64,000 nucleotides of DNA from a virus. This document shows, one piece after another, positions 46,148 through 55,649 of the stretch (positions are counted from its first letter, which is position 1; the number at the start of each line of letters is the position of its first letter). Both the position numbers and the translations under genes were made by a program. The notes below the pieces were generated by a model. That model saw nothing but the letters and a program-made list of their open reading frames with translations, ran no database searches and was not told the DNA's origin. The stretch covers positions 1-64,000 of the IMG/VR virus record IMGVR_UViG_3300045988_086533, one strand, 5' to 3'.

Positions 46148-48061
46148 ATGAGTGAAATATATAGTAATACGTTCACCACAACGGTCAATAAAGTAGTGGT
46201 AGAACAAACTAGTAAGAATACTCAAATTAATATATATAATGGATCTACTCCTTTAGTGGCGGTTAACACAACGCCTACTAAAGGACAGTATAAAGTAACT
46301 ATAACAGAGACTACTAACTGTACTGCAAAACTAGAGAGTGATTATAAAACTATTACTCTCCTTACTGTGACTGGGAATGCAGGTGAAATACACGCTACTA
46401 TTAATATAGAAGGAAAAACCACAGTAAATAAAACTATACCAGTAGCAGCAATAACTAAAAGTTCTGTCATTAAGGCCACTCAAACACAATATGAACAATT
46501 GGCCGATAGATTTTCTTGGTGGGTTAAAGGTACTAGTACAAGTTCAATGCAACTAACACAAGATGCATTAAACATAATAACAAAACAAGTAAAAGTAGAT
46601 GGAGATATGCTAGTTAATGGCGCTATTGATGGTAAAACTATTACAGGTGCAACTATTATAGGTAGTACTTTTAGAAATCAAAACGATACATTTAGTGTTG
46701 ATAGTGAAGGTAATATAACAGGTGCTCAAATACAAGGTAGTGAGGTTATAGGAGACAGTTTCTCAGTTGAAGGTGAATTAACTGCTGATACTATAACTGC
46801 AAATAAAATAAATAGTGCACAATATCCAAGCACATTGGGTGACGACATACAAATCGAAATAAACCCTTCAACTGGTAGTGATGATGTTGAATTAGCGGAT
46901 GGAGCAGTATATCAAACAATTGCAGGAGTATTAGATGCCTTACCTAAATTTCTAAATGGTAAATGTATAAGTATATGGATGCGTGATGATATATCCGAAA
47001 ATGCAGACTTCCAAAATTATACTAGTGGACAAATAAAATTTTATCTCGATGGACATACATTATATGGATATATTAGAAACTACATGAGTAGTGCGAAATT
47101 ATGGGTATATGGCGGTTGGCCAGGTACAGAAGAAGGTCAAACCGGTGTTGTCCACCCCGACACAGGATGTGCAGTAGCTGGTAGAACTGGTAGTATTATA
47201 TCGCAAGAAAGTAGTTCACTTAATACATATAGTGTTAAAGTCTATGGTAGCGACAATAAACATAGTGATGGACAAAGTAATATTGTAGGTTATATCGGGG
47301 ACTCCTTTGCCACAATGTATATTAAAAATACTACATTAGTTAACTGTGAAGTAGGGTACAGGGGTAGTGCATGTGCAAGAATACACGATGTAAGTTCAGC
47401 CGGTGTATGTAGTCAATATGGATTCCAGACTACTAGTGGTGCTTTTATAACTATAGCAAATGCAGCTCACTGTGGTGGCTTAACTGCAAATACCGCCCAA
47501 ACATTACCTGGACAAATTATACAACACGCAAAAGCAACATTTGCTGGAGGTAGTCAAACTACAGACCCAGGTAAAGCTCCTACTACATCAACTAAAAAGA
47601 CTATAACAATAAAATCTAATAGTGGTGATACATACAGAAGTAGTGTATATAACAACTGGAAGAAAGATAATACTGCAAGACAAGGTGACTATGGTTACGG
47701 TGATTGTAATGGTTGCTGGTTTTTTGGTACTCAGTTTAATCAATTTAAAGGTAAATCTATTAGTAAAATAGAACTTACTATTAAAAGAATTTCCGGTGGT
47801 GTTCATGCAGCAGTTCCTATAGTAGTTAAAACTCATAACTATGCAAGTAGACCAAGTGGAAAACCTTCTTATGGTTCTAATTGTGGTAGTGTTAATATTG
47901 CAGTCGGTGATAGTGGTAAATTAACTATAACTAATAGTACTATATTAAATGCAATTTCTAATGGAACTGTAAAAGGATTTGGTATTCAATCTACTTACAA
48001 CTCTGCAAACTATGCAGTATGTAGTGGTAGTGTGACAATGAAGGTTACTTATACAGAATAA
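46148..48061 (+). CDS. tail fibre / receptor-binding protein (putative)
   Basis: 637 aa, Thr/Ser/Gly-rich, the last large structural gene before a terminator. Confidence 0.4.
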   Translation: MSEIYSNTFTTTVNKVVVEQTSKNTQINIYNGSTPLVAVNTTPTKGQYKVTITETTNCTAKLESDYKTITLLTVTGNAGEIHATINIEGKTTVNKTIPVAAITKSSVIKATQTQYEQLADRFSWWVKGTSTSSMQLTQDALNIITKQVKVDGDMLVNGAIDGKTITGATIIGSTFRNQNDTFSVDSEGNITGAQIQGSEVIGDSFSVEGELTADTITANKINSAQYPSTLGDDIQIEINPSTGSDDVELADGAVYQTIAGVLDALPKFLNGKCISIWMRDDISENADFQNYTSGQIKFYLDGHTLYGYIRNYMSSAKLWVYGGWPGTEEGQTGVVHPDTGCAVAGRTGSIISQESSSLNTYSVKVYGSDNKHSDGQSNIVGYIGDSFATMYIKNTTLVNCEVGYRGSACARIHDVSSAGVCSQYGFQTTSGAFITIANAAHCGGLTANTAQTLPGQIIQHAKATFAGGSQTTDPGKAPTTSTKKTITIKSNSGDTYRSSVYNNWKKDNTARQGDYGYGDCNGCWFFGTQFNQFKGKSISKIELTIKRISGGVHAAVPIVVKTHNYASRPSGKPSYGSNCGSVNIAVGDSGKLTITNSTILNAISNGTVKGFGIQSTYNSANYAVCSGSVTMKVTYTE

Positions 48062-48068
48062 AATTTAA

Positions 48069-48095
48069 AGGACTAGTTTAATCTAGTCCTTTTTT
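48069..48095 (+). terminator. intrinsic terminator
   Basis: Stem aggactag / ctagtcct, loop tttaat, T5. Confidence 0.7.
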
Positions 48096-48138
48096 AACTA
48101 ATATACAATATGAAACATGATATATAGGAGGTAATACA

Positions 48139-48306
48139 ATGGATGCATTAAACTTATTAAACACAATATGCACAACATACAAAAGAGAATTAGCAGACGC
48201 TAATGAAAAGAAGGTGATGTTGGAAGCACAATGTGAAATTTATAAACAACAGGTGGAACAACTTAAAAAGGAATTAGATGAATTAAAGGAGCCACCTAAA
48301 AAGTAG
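48139..48306 (+). CDS. small coiled-coil protein (55 aa)
   Basis: Not in the ORF track. RBS taggagg. Confidence 0.4.
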   Translation: MDALNLLNTICTTYKRELADANEKKVMLEAQCEIYKQQVEQLKKELDELKEPPKK

Positions 48307-48314
48307 GTGAATGT

Positions 48315-48614
48315 ATGAGTGATGAGAAGGTGCAAGAATTATTACTAAAGTTAATTGAAGATGTGGCAACAATTAACGCAAAATTAGACAATATTAATGA
48401 ACAGAGGCTAGCAAGCAGAATGGACATAATTGAGGCACAAACTAGAGAACAGGAACGAGTAATAAAAAGTTTAGAAAAGCGAAGTAACTCTTTAGAAGAT
48501 TTTGTACGTGATAGTTTGGTAGAAAAAGAGAAAACCAACAGAGCCTTGTGGACTTCTGTAGCACTCGCTATATTCAGTGTTGTGTTAACAATAATTACTA
48601 ATATTATATTTTAG
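48315..48614 (+). CDS. XhlA-like lysis-associated membrane protein
   Basis: Coiled coil plus a single C-terminal transmembrane segment (LWTSVALAIFSVVLTIITNIIF), directly before the holin. Confidence 0.5.
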   Translation: MSDEKVQELLLKLIEDVATINAKLDNINEQRLASRMDIIEAQTREQERVIKSLEKRSNSLEDFVRDSLVEKEKTNRALWTSVALAIFSVVLTIITNIIF

Positions 48615-48625
48615 GAGGTGTTAAT

Positions 48626-48868
48626 ATGAAACAATTTTTATTTGATCATCCAAAACTTAAAAATCCATATTTTTATTTATCTGTAGTGGCACTTATATTC
48701 AGTGCGAGTGGAGTGGATTTTAATCAACTTACAAGTTGGCAATTATTAGGTCAAGCGTTATTAAATATCGTAGACAATCCAGTATCTGTAATAGCCGTTA
48801 TTACTGCATTCCTAGGAATATGGAATGATAACTCAACAAAAGGCTTAGACGGAATAAATTACAAATAA
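48626..48868 (+). CDS. holin
   Basis: 80 aa with two hydrophobic helices and a polar C-terminus (NDNSTKGLDG) resembling SPP1/Hol44-type holins. Confidence 0.7.
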   Translation: MKQFLFDHPKLKNPYFYLSVVALIFSASGVDFNQLTSWQLLGQALLNIVDNPVSVIAVITAFLGIWNDNSTKGLDGINYK

Positions 48869-48918
48869 TTATTAAATAACTACTCTATTATATTAGAGTG
48901 AAGGAGAGGTGTAATAAA

Positions 48919-51900
48919 ATGAGTAATATTAATAGGGATTATTTAATAGTATTAAACCCCAAAACATCAAAGGTTACAGTACCAGAATTAAATTATTATA
49001 TTTATGACAAATACACTGCCAATCTATTTGTAAACTTAGTAACTGTGGAAAATGGTAAAATTGTAAATATGGCAGATGCTGATCAATATAAACTTGTTCT
49101 GCACGTGCTAAAACCTACTAATGAAATACAAACTGTAGAGGACATACAAGTATTCAATAAAGAGAAGGCGCTTTTTCAAATAGAACTAGACCAAGAACTT
49201 ACTAAAAATATAGGGCGCTATAAATGTGAATTATTAACTATTGATAAAACTGACCATGTTGTACAGTCAGCTAAATTTAGTTATAGAGTTAAAAAATCTA
49301 TTTATAATGATTTAGACGTGGTTACTGAAACACCAGAATATCCAATAATTATAACATTATTGGACAAATTACAAGACATAGATAAATACGAGGAAGAACG
49401 TAGAGCAAACGAGGTAGCCAGGGTGGCTGCTGAAAAAGCACGTGTTAAAGATTACACAGACTTAAGACAAACAGTAACAACTGACATAGATACTATGCAA
49501 GAAAAAATAGATAGTTTTGATGGGAAAGTACAAGAAGTAGATAATGCAGTACAACAAATGAGAACTAATATTACTAACTATCAAACTGAGAAAAATAAAG
49601 AATTAGATAGTTATAAGACACAAAAAGATACACAAATTAATACTTCCATAAAAAATATGGAGAATACTATAGACACTTATAAAACTGAAAAAGACAAACA
49701 AATAAATGACAAAATAACACAACAAGATACTAAAATTGATAAGGCTATAGACTTACAAAATAAAAATATACAAGCTAGTACTAAGGCATTAAATGATAAA
49801 CTTGATGCAGCAGTACAAGACCAAAATAATACTATAGCAGCTAATAACCAAGCACAAAACAAAGTTATTAGTGATGCAGTAGCAGCTCAAAATAAAACTA
49901 TTAATACTGTAGTGGAAAGTGATAAAGTACAAAATGATAGACTTGATACTTTAGAAACTAGTGACACCAATAACAAAGCCGAGATTAAAAAATTACAAGA
50001 TAAAGACGTTGAACACGAGGAGAGAATGACTGCAATAGAAGCAGTTAATGTTGAGCAAAATAATAGACTGGATGCCATAGAGATTAAAAATGACCAACAA
50101 GATAGTAGACTTAATGATGTTGAAGCTAAAAATAAAAAACAAGACATGGACTTAAAATGTTTATTTGCTGAGTCCCATAGTGAACGTATTACACTTGAGG
50201 ATGAAGTAGGTAATAGTGTTTTCTTACAAAACAGTAAACAAGGGTTTGCTACAGTAGATGAATTAAAAGGTAACACTTTAGTTAACTGTAATAAAGATAC
50301 TGACAAAGAATTAATACTTAATGGAAATATAGATACTAGTGGATATGGTACTGTTACTACTACAGAAGGTGTAGACGGGGGTAAAGTAGACGTAGCACTA
50401 GAAGGAAACACTATGGTTAATGTATGTGACCAGGAAGACCCAATAGCTATTACTAAAAATTATGAAGTAACTACTGGAAATCATGTGGCATTACAAGGTG
50501 AATATGATGGTAAGTGTAGACCTGTATTAAATGGTAATACTTTAGTTAATTTAATGACAAAATATAAAGACGAGAGTTTACTAGAGTATTTTTATCCCGA
50601 TGGAACTAACAATGTAGCCAATGTATCTATGTTAAAACCTAATACAGAATATACACTTATATATACTGCGAAATATCAAAAAACAGGTGATACTGGTTGT
50701 ATGATAATTCACTTAACATCTAGTTCAAATGATGGTATATCCACTAATCAAGAACTAACAACATCATATAGCCAATACATTTATAAATTTACTACGCCAT
50801 CTAATGTAAGTAACTTTGTACTAAGAAGTAACGGTAGTTATTTCTATGTTAAAGAGTGTAGACTATTAGAAGGTGATTATACTAATAAACCTATACCTAA
50901 TTATTTTACAGGATTACAAAGTAGCTTTGAGGATAAGTTAATTACAGATGAAAAGGATGCGAATAATGGTAAATATAAAGTAGACTATAAAGTTACTGGT
51001 AAGAATAAATGTCCTATTGAAAATAAAACAATTACTATTACTGCTAAGAATGCAGAAATAGGTAATTCTAAAAATTCAATATTATATAAAAACATAGATA
51101 TTTCAAATTTAAAAGGACAATATTATTTTAGTGGTGAATATACGATAAATAATACTACAAAAACTCCAACTTTACTTCTTAGTAACACTCCATTGACTAA
51201 ATTTATTCATAATGACTGTTATGAAGAAACAATAAATAATGGAGGTATACAAATTGGTATTGGTGTTATTGATTTAACTAAATATAAATACGCTACCATA
51301 ACAACTGGTAATGAAGCTCGAGATTTAACTGTAAATACTGATTACCAATGCACTCTTAAAAGTATTCAATTAGAAGAAGGTACTACTGCAACAACTTATG
51401 AACCATATAAAGAATACACTAAAACATTTTATTTAAACTCACCATTATTAGAAGGAGATACTATAGAAGATGTAAATGGTAAAGCAACTCATGTGCATAG
51501 ATATGGAAGCATAACCAATAAAGATTTAATACCTACATTCATTGATTTGGAAAACAATAATTATAGAAGCGATACTTCTTGTGCCTGCTTGTTTAATTTT
51601 AAAGGTAATACTTATAATAAACCTAAAACTATTATGTATTGTGATAAATTACCATATTACTCAAATTCATGGTCTGGCACTAATATAGATTCTGCTATAT
51701 GTGGTGTTAATCCTGAGTATGATTTTAGTATTAGATTACCTCTTTCAGCTACCGGCATAACTGCCCAAGATTCTGTGGATGAGTGTTTAGAAAAATTCAA
51801 AATTTGGAATACCAATAATTTAATCAATATAGTATATCAATTAGCAACACCAACATATGAAACTATAAGTAATGATTCAATATTATGTGATAGTTATGTA

Positions 51901-54114
51901 AATGGACATTTAGATGTAGATAGTGTAGTACCTATTGAGAGAGTTAACTTTAAACCGAGTTGGATTTATTGTAAATATGTTTATACTAATACTGAGTATA
52001 CAATTCAATTTGAAGCTGACAATGTCGGTACTCTTAATTTACATTTTAGTGGTGGGGATAAAAATAATAATAGCATAATAAAGGGCATTAACAAAATTAA
52101 TATTACTACAACTAACGATACGGCTTATTTACAATTTAGTGGTATAGGTTTTAATATGTCTAATATAGTAGTAACACCTAAAGTAGAGCAACCTTTTGGA
52201 TATTTTAAAGGAATGAAATCAGTAGGTCAAGATGATGAGAATGGCAATAAAATCGAAATTTTATCACAAAATAAGAATTTATGTAGTATAAATTCTTATA
52301 TAGGGGTAAAATACAATAAAATAGAAACAAATATAAAGTGTAAGAAAAATACAATTTACACTCTATCTTTCAATGATTTATCAGATTTAGAGGGTAATAA
52401 AGGTATAACTTTAATAACACATAAAACACCAACTGATGCAAGTAGTCATGAGGCTATTTATATTCATGCAATGAATGAAGGTGGGAAAGAATATGTTTTC
52501 AGAAGTAGTGGGTTTACGTTTAACACTAGTGATTGCAATTATATTTCTTTAACAAGCAACAATAATAGGGGTATTGATAATATAAATGTGCAAGAAATAC
52601 AAATAGAAGAAGGTTCACAAACATCTTATAGTCCACACACATTTAATACAAAAGAAATTTTATTAAATGAACCACTTAGAGGACTTCCAAATGGAGTTAA
52701 AGATAAAATTGTAATAATAGATGGTAAATGGTATATAGAAAGAAATTGTATGGCAGTACAATTTAAGGATTTAAAATATAGTAGAACAGACGTATATCAA
52801 AAAGCTGAATTCCCAGATGTTATTGGTTTTAGACTAATGAATACAGGAATAAACGCTCCTATATTATGTGATAGATTTGCTTATACTAATGATAGAATAA
52901 TTAACTTTGGAGAATTATTAACTAATAAAGAAAATATAAATATTACTAGTGGTGGTTCGTTCAACGAATTTTTTATAACTATACAAAAGGCAAAATTAAC
53001 AACTTTAGATTTTAATGGAGTAATGAAATATTTTACTGACAATCCAATGGAAATTATTGCTAAAGCAACTACACCAACATATGAACCAATAGAATATAAT
53101 TCTTTTGAAGTATATTCAGATACAACACATATATCTAATAACTCTAATATACCTTGTAATATGGTAATTAGAAATAGTGGTTTTAACTGTATACTAAAAC
53201 CTAATACTACTTATACTATATCTTCCAATAATGGTTTGAGCAGTGTGGTAACTAAAGATAGTATAGGAGATAGTGTATTAAGATTTTATGATAAAGATAC
53301 TACTAGTGTTACTAAAATGAATAATGTACTTGTATTAGAAGGTGATTATATTACTGGAAATCCACCTATCCCCGCATTCTTTAAAGGCATGGAAAGTACA
53401 TTTGAGCAAGAACTAGTTACAGATGAACAAGATAGGAATTATGGTAAATATAAAGTAAATGTAAAAGCCACTAACCCAGATAATAGCCAGCAAAATAACA
53501 TAACATTCTACATTAAAGAACCATTAAGAGGAGTAGGAGATGTAAAAGATAAAGTATATGTAAAAGAAGATAAAGTAGTAGTGGAAAGAAATTGTGCTGG
53601 TGTTACTTTAGATGGTAGTGAAAATAAAAAAATTAGTTTAAATGCTATTAGAGGTAATTTAGTAGAATTTATAATAACTGACAATTTAATACCTAATCGT
53701 GTAGGAGTAAAATATGTTGCAACTACGTTACCAAATATAGATGGTGTAGTTGAAAAAGTAGTATGTGGCTATAGGTCAATATATATACAATTACATAAAA
53801 CAAAATTACAGAGTATTGATGTACCTGGTTTTAGACAATGGCTACAAGCAAATCCAGTAACAGTAGTATATGAATTAGCCACTCCAACATACGAAGAAGT
53901 AGAATACTTTGACTTAAAATTATTTGTTGAAATATTTAAAGATACTACTATTATATACAATAGTAATATACCAGTAACAAGTACAATAAACTATACTTAT
54001 TCAACACCATTAACTGATGCAGTAAACACTGTGAGTGATATATCTGACCAACAAGACTCTATGATAATAGATATGGCAACTCAAGTAGCTACTATGGAAA
54101 TGATGTTGATGTAG
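48919..54114 (+). CDS. giant BppU-like baseplate/fibre protein (1731 aa)
   Basis: BppU-like N-terminus, a coiled coil of about 260 aa with Q/N/K/D repeats, then repeated beta-rich modules ending in ATPTYE. Confidence 0.6.
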   Translation: MSNINRDYLIVLNPKTSKVTVPELNYYIYDKYTANLFVNLVTVENGKIVNMADADQYKLVLHVLKPTNEIQTVEDIQVFNKEKALFQIELDQELTKNIGRYKCELLTIDKTDHVVQSAKFSYRVKKSIYNDLDVVTETPEYPIIITLLDKLQDIDKYEEERRANEVARVAAEKARVKDYTDLRQTVTTDIDTMQEKIDSFDGKVQEVDNAVQQMRTNITNYQTEKNKELDSYKTQKDTQINTSIKNMENTIDTYKTEKDKQINDKITQQDTKIDKAIDLQNKNIQASTKALNDKLDAAVQDQNNTIAANNQAQNKVISDAVAAQNKTINTVVESDKVQNDRLDTLETSDTNNKAEIKKLQDKDVEHEERMTAIEAVNVEQNNRLDAIEIKNDQQDSRLNDVEAKNKKQDMDLKCLFAESHSERITLEDEVGNSVFLQNSKQGFATVDELKGNTLVNCNKDTDKELILNGNIDTSGYGTVTTTEGVDGGKVDVALEGNTMVNVCDQEDPIAITKNYEVTTGNHVALQGEYDGKCRPVLNGNTLVNLMTKYKDESLLEYFYPDGTNNVANVSMLKPNTEYTLIYTAKYQKTGDTGCMIIHLTSSSNDGISTNQELTTSYSQYIYKFTTPSNVSNFVLRSNGSYFYVKECRLLEGDYTNKPIPNYFTGLQSSFEDKLITDEKDANNGKYKVDYKVTGKNKCPIENKTITITAKNAEIGNSKNSILYKNIDISNLKGQYYFSGEYTINNTTKTPTLLLSNTPLTKFIHNDCYEETINNGGIQIGIGVIDLTKYKYATITTGNEARDLTVNTDYQCTLKSIQLEEGTTATTYEPYKEYTKTFYLNSPLLEGDTIEDVNGKATHVHRYGSITNKDLIPTFIDLENNNYRSDTSCACLFNFKGNTYNKPKTIMYCDKLPYYSNSWSGTNIDSAICGVNPEYDFSIRLPLSATGITAQDSVDECLEKFKIWNTNNLINIVYQLATPTYETISNDSILCDSYVNGHLDVDSVVPIERVNFKPSWIYCKYVYTNTEYTIQFEADNVGTLNLHFSGGDKNNNSIIKGINKINITTTNDTAYLQFSGIGFNMSNIVVTPKVEQPFGYFKGMKSVGQDDENGNKIEILSQNKNLCSINSYIGVKYNKIETNIKCKKNTIYTLSFNDLSDLEGNKGITLITHKTPTDASSHEAIYIHAMNEGGKEYVFRSSGFTFNTSDCNYISLTSNNNRGIDNINVQEIQIEEGSQTSYSPHTFNTKEILLNEPLRGLPNGVKDKIVIIDGKWYIERNCMAVQFKDLKYSRTDVYQKAEFPDVIGFRLMNTGINAPILCDRFAYTNDRIINFGELLTNKENINITSGGSFNEFFITIQKAKLTTLDFNGVMKYFTDNPMEIIAKATTPTYEPIEYNSFEVYSDTTHISNNSNIPCNMVIRNSGFNCILKPNTTYTISSNNGLSSVVTKDSIGDSVLRFYDKDTTSVTKMNNVLVLEGDYITGNPPIPAFFKGMESTFEQELVTDEQDRNYGKYKVNVKATNPDNSQQNNITFYIKEPLRGVGDVKDKVYVKEDKVVVERNCAGVTLDGSENKKISLNAIRGNLVEFIITDNLIPNRVGVKYVATTLPNIDGVVEKVVCGYRSIYIQLHKTKLQSIDVPGFRQWLQANPVTVVYELATPTYEEVEYFDLKLFVEIFKDTTIIYNSNIPVTSTINYTYSTPLTDAVNTVSDISDQQDSMIIDMATQVATMEMMLM
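50864..53895 (+). repeat. three diverged internal modules in the giant fibre protein
   Basis: LLEGDYTNKPIPNYFTGLQSSFEDKLITDEKDANNGKYKV aligns with VLEGDYITGNPPIPAFFKGMESTFEQELVTDEQDRNYGKYKV. Also LATPTYETI / ATTPTYEPI / LATPTYEEV, and EPLRG..(N)GVKDK...ERNC occurring twice. Confidence 0.7.
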
Positions 54115-54125
54115 GAGGTGTGTAT

Positions 54126-54278
54126 ATGTTATATGAAGTTTTATTAAGAGCAATAAAACGACATAACTATATCAGTAAAAAAGATATTACAGAGAAACTA
54201 AGTTTACTATACAGTGCAGATAAAATAACAGGAGAACAATATGTAGATTTAATGTTTCTTATAGAGGAGGTGAATTAA
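54126..54278 (+). CDS. XkdX-like small protein (50 aa)
   Basis: Not in the ORF track. MLYEVLLRAIKRHNYISKKDITEKLSLLYSADKITGEQY, paralogous to the next ORF. Confidence 0.45.
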   Translation: MLYEVLLRAIKRHNYISKKDITEKLSLLYSADKITGEQYVDLMFLIEEVN

Positions 54279-54279
54279 T

Positions 54280-54426
54280 ATGCTATATAAATGCTTAAAA
54301 AGAATGATACAAAGAGAAAACTATGAAAGTAAAGAATCAATGGCTGAAAAAATCTCTATACTTTACGCAAATGACCAATTAACTAAAGAACAATACGAAG
54401 AATTAATGGCTATGTTAAATGCATAA
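54280..54426 (+). CDS. XkdX-like small protein (48 aa)
   Basis: Not in the ORF track. MLYKCLKRMIQRENYESKESMAEKISILYANDQLTKEQY. Confidence 0.45.
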   Translation: MLYKCLKRMIQRENYESKESMAEKISILYANDQLTKEQYEELMAMLNA

Positions 54427-54459
54427 TCTATGTAACATAGTAAGGAGAGGTGGTAGATA

Positions 54460-55338
54460 ATGAAAACTAAAAACGGTTTTACATTATTAGAAAGCGCTAA
54501 AGATGTTAAAAATTGGTTAGCAAAACAACACGTAAGTAGAACAATAACAAAATTACAAGTACATCATATGGATATGCCTAGCTACAGTACATGGGAAAAG
54601 ACCGATAAAAAGGTCTTTTCCGAGCCTCATTTTGGAAGAACTCAATCACTAGATGATTATGGAAAAAGAACATGGCATAGCAGTGACGGACATGGTCATT
54701 ATATTGCTCAACACTTCAATGTTTTCCCAGATGGAAAAATAACAACTGGTAGAAATTTAAACTCCACTCCAATTGGTATTAGGGGTTGGAATACAAATGC
54801 TATATGTATAGAAATATACGGATGCTTTGACAAGGGCAAAGACAAAATGACATCCGCACAAAAGAAAGCAGTAATATATCTTTATGGTGAATTGTGTAAA
54901 AGATTTAATATACCTGTAAATACAACTCATATAAGACCACATTGTTGGTTTACTGCTAGTGGAACATACTTAGGAAAATATGACTCTAGTAGAAGTGCTA
55001 AAACTTGTCCTGGCACTAACTTTTGGGGTCATGGATGTTCTCCTGACGGATTTGATCATTTTATAAAAGATGTTAAGAATTATGTAAATGGTAAAAAGGA
55101 AGAAGAACATAAAGAGGAAAAACCTAAAGAATTTAAACAATATATAGCACGTTGCACTACTGACGATCTTAATTGTAGAAAAGGACCTGGTATAAAATAC
55201 GATGTAGTGGATGTCATAAATAAAGGTGTTGCAATAACAATAGTAGAAGAAAAAGAAGTTGATGGAGGTACTTGGTGCAAAGGAAAAGCTGGATACTGGG
55301 TTAATAAGAAGTACTTAGAATTTGTTAGATATGTATAA
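54460..55338 (+). CDS. endolysin: N-acetylmuramoyl-L-alanine amidase plus a C-terminal SH3b domain
   Basis: Amidase_2-like motifs (LQVHHMD, AICIEIYG, KTCPG). C-terminal ARCTTDDLNCRKGPG...GTWCKGKAGYWVNKKYL. Confidence 0.8.
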   Translation: MKTKNGFTLLESAKDVKNWLAKQHVSRTITKLQVHHMDMPSYSTWEKTDKKVFSEPHFGRTQSLDDYGKRTWHSSDGHGHYIAQHFNVFPDGKITTGRNLNSTPIGIRGWNTNAICIEIYGCFDKGKDKMTSAQKKAVIYLYGELCKRFNIPVNTTHIRPHCWFTASGTYLGKYDSSRSAKTCPGTNFWGHGCSPDGFDHFIKDVKNYVNGKKEEEHKEEKPKEFKQYIARCTTDDLNCRKGPGIKYDVVDVINKGVAITIVEEKEVDGGTWCKGKAGYWVNKKYLEFVRYV

Positions 55339-55345
55339 AATAAGA

Positions 55346-55378
55346 AATTCTCACATTTATTATGTGGGAATTTTTTTT
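55346..55378 (+). terminator. intrinsic terminator ending the late region
   Basis: Stem aattctcacat / atgtgggaatt (one G-U pair), T8. Confidence 0.7.
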
Positions 55379-55394
55379 ATTTGTATAAAAATAG

Positions 55395-55423
55395 TTGAAT
55401 AATTATACAAGTAGTAGTATAAT
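55395..55423 (+). promoter_or_regulatory. sigma-A-type promoter
   Basis: TTGAAT-17 nt-TATAAT. The spacer aattatacaagtagtag nearly matches that of the 16605 promoter. Confidence 0.6.
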
Positions 55424-55457
55424 ATAAGTATAAAATATAAATAAGGGGATGTTAATA

Positions 55458-55625
55458 ATGAAAACAGGCGACAAATTAATACACATAATAAGTAATAAAA
55501 TATACACAGTAGGATATATGTATAGTGAGGACGATACAGATGCCGTATTAGTTGATGAGAATGGAGTTGCAGCTATATATCCTATGAAATTAATTAGAGG
55601 TTGGTTCAGAGTATATGAAGAATAA
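55458..55625 (+). CDS. hypothetical small protein (55 aa)
   Basis: Not in the ORF track. RBS aagggg. Confidence 0.4.
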   Translation: MKTGDKLIHIISNKIYTVGYMYSEDDTDAVLVDENGVAAIYPMKLIRGWFRVYEE

Positions 55626-55649
55626 ACCTCTATCAACTGGAGGTGTAAC

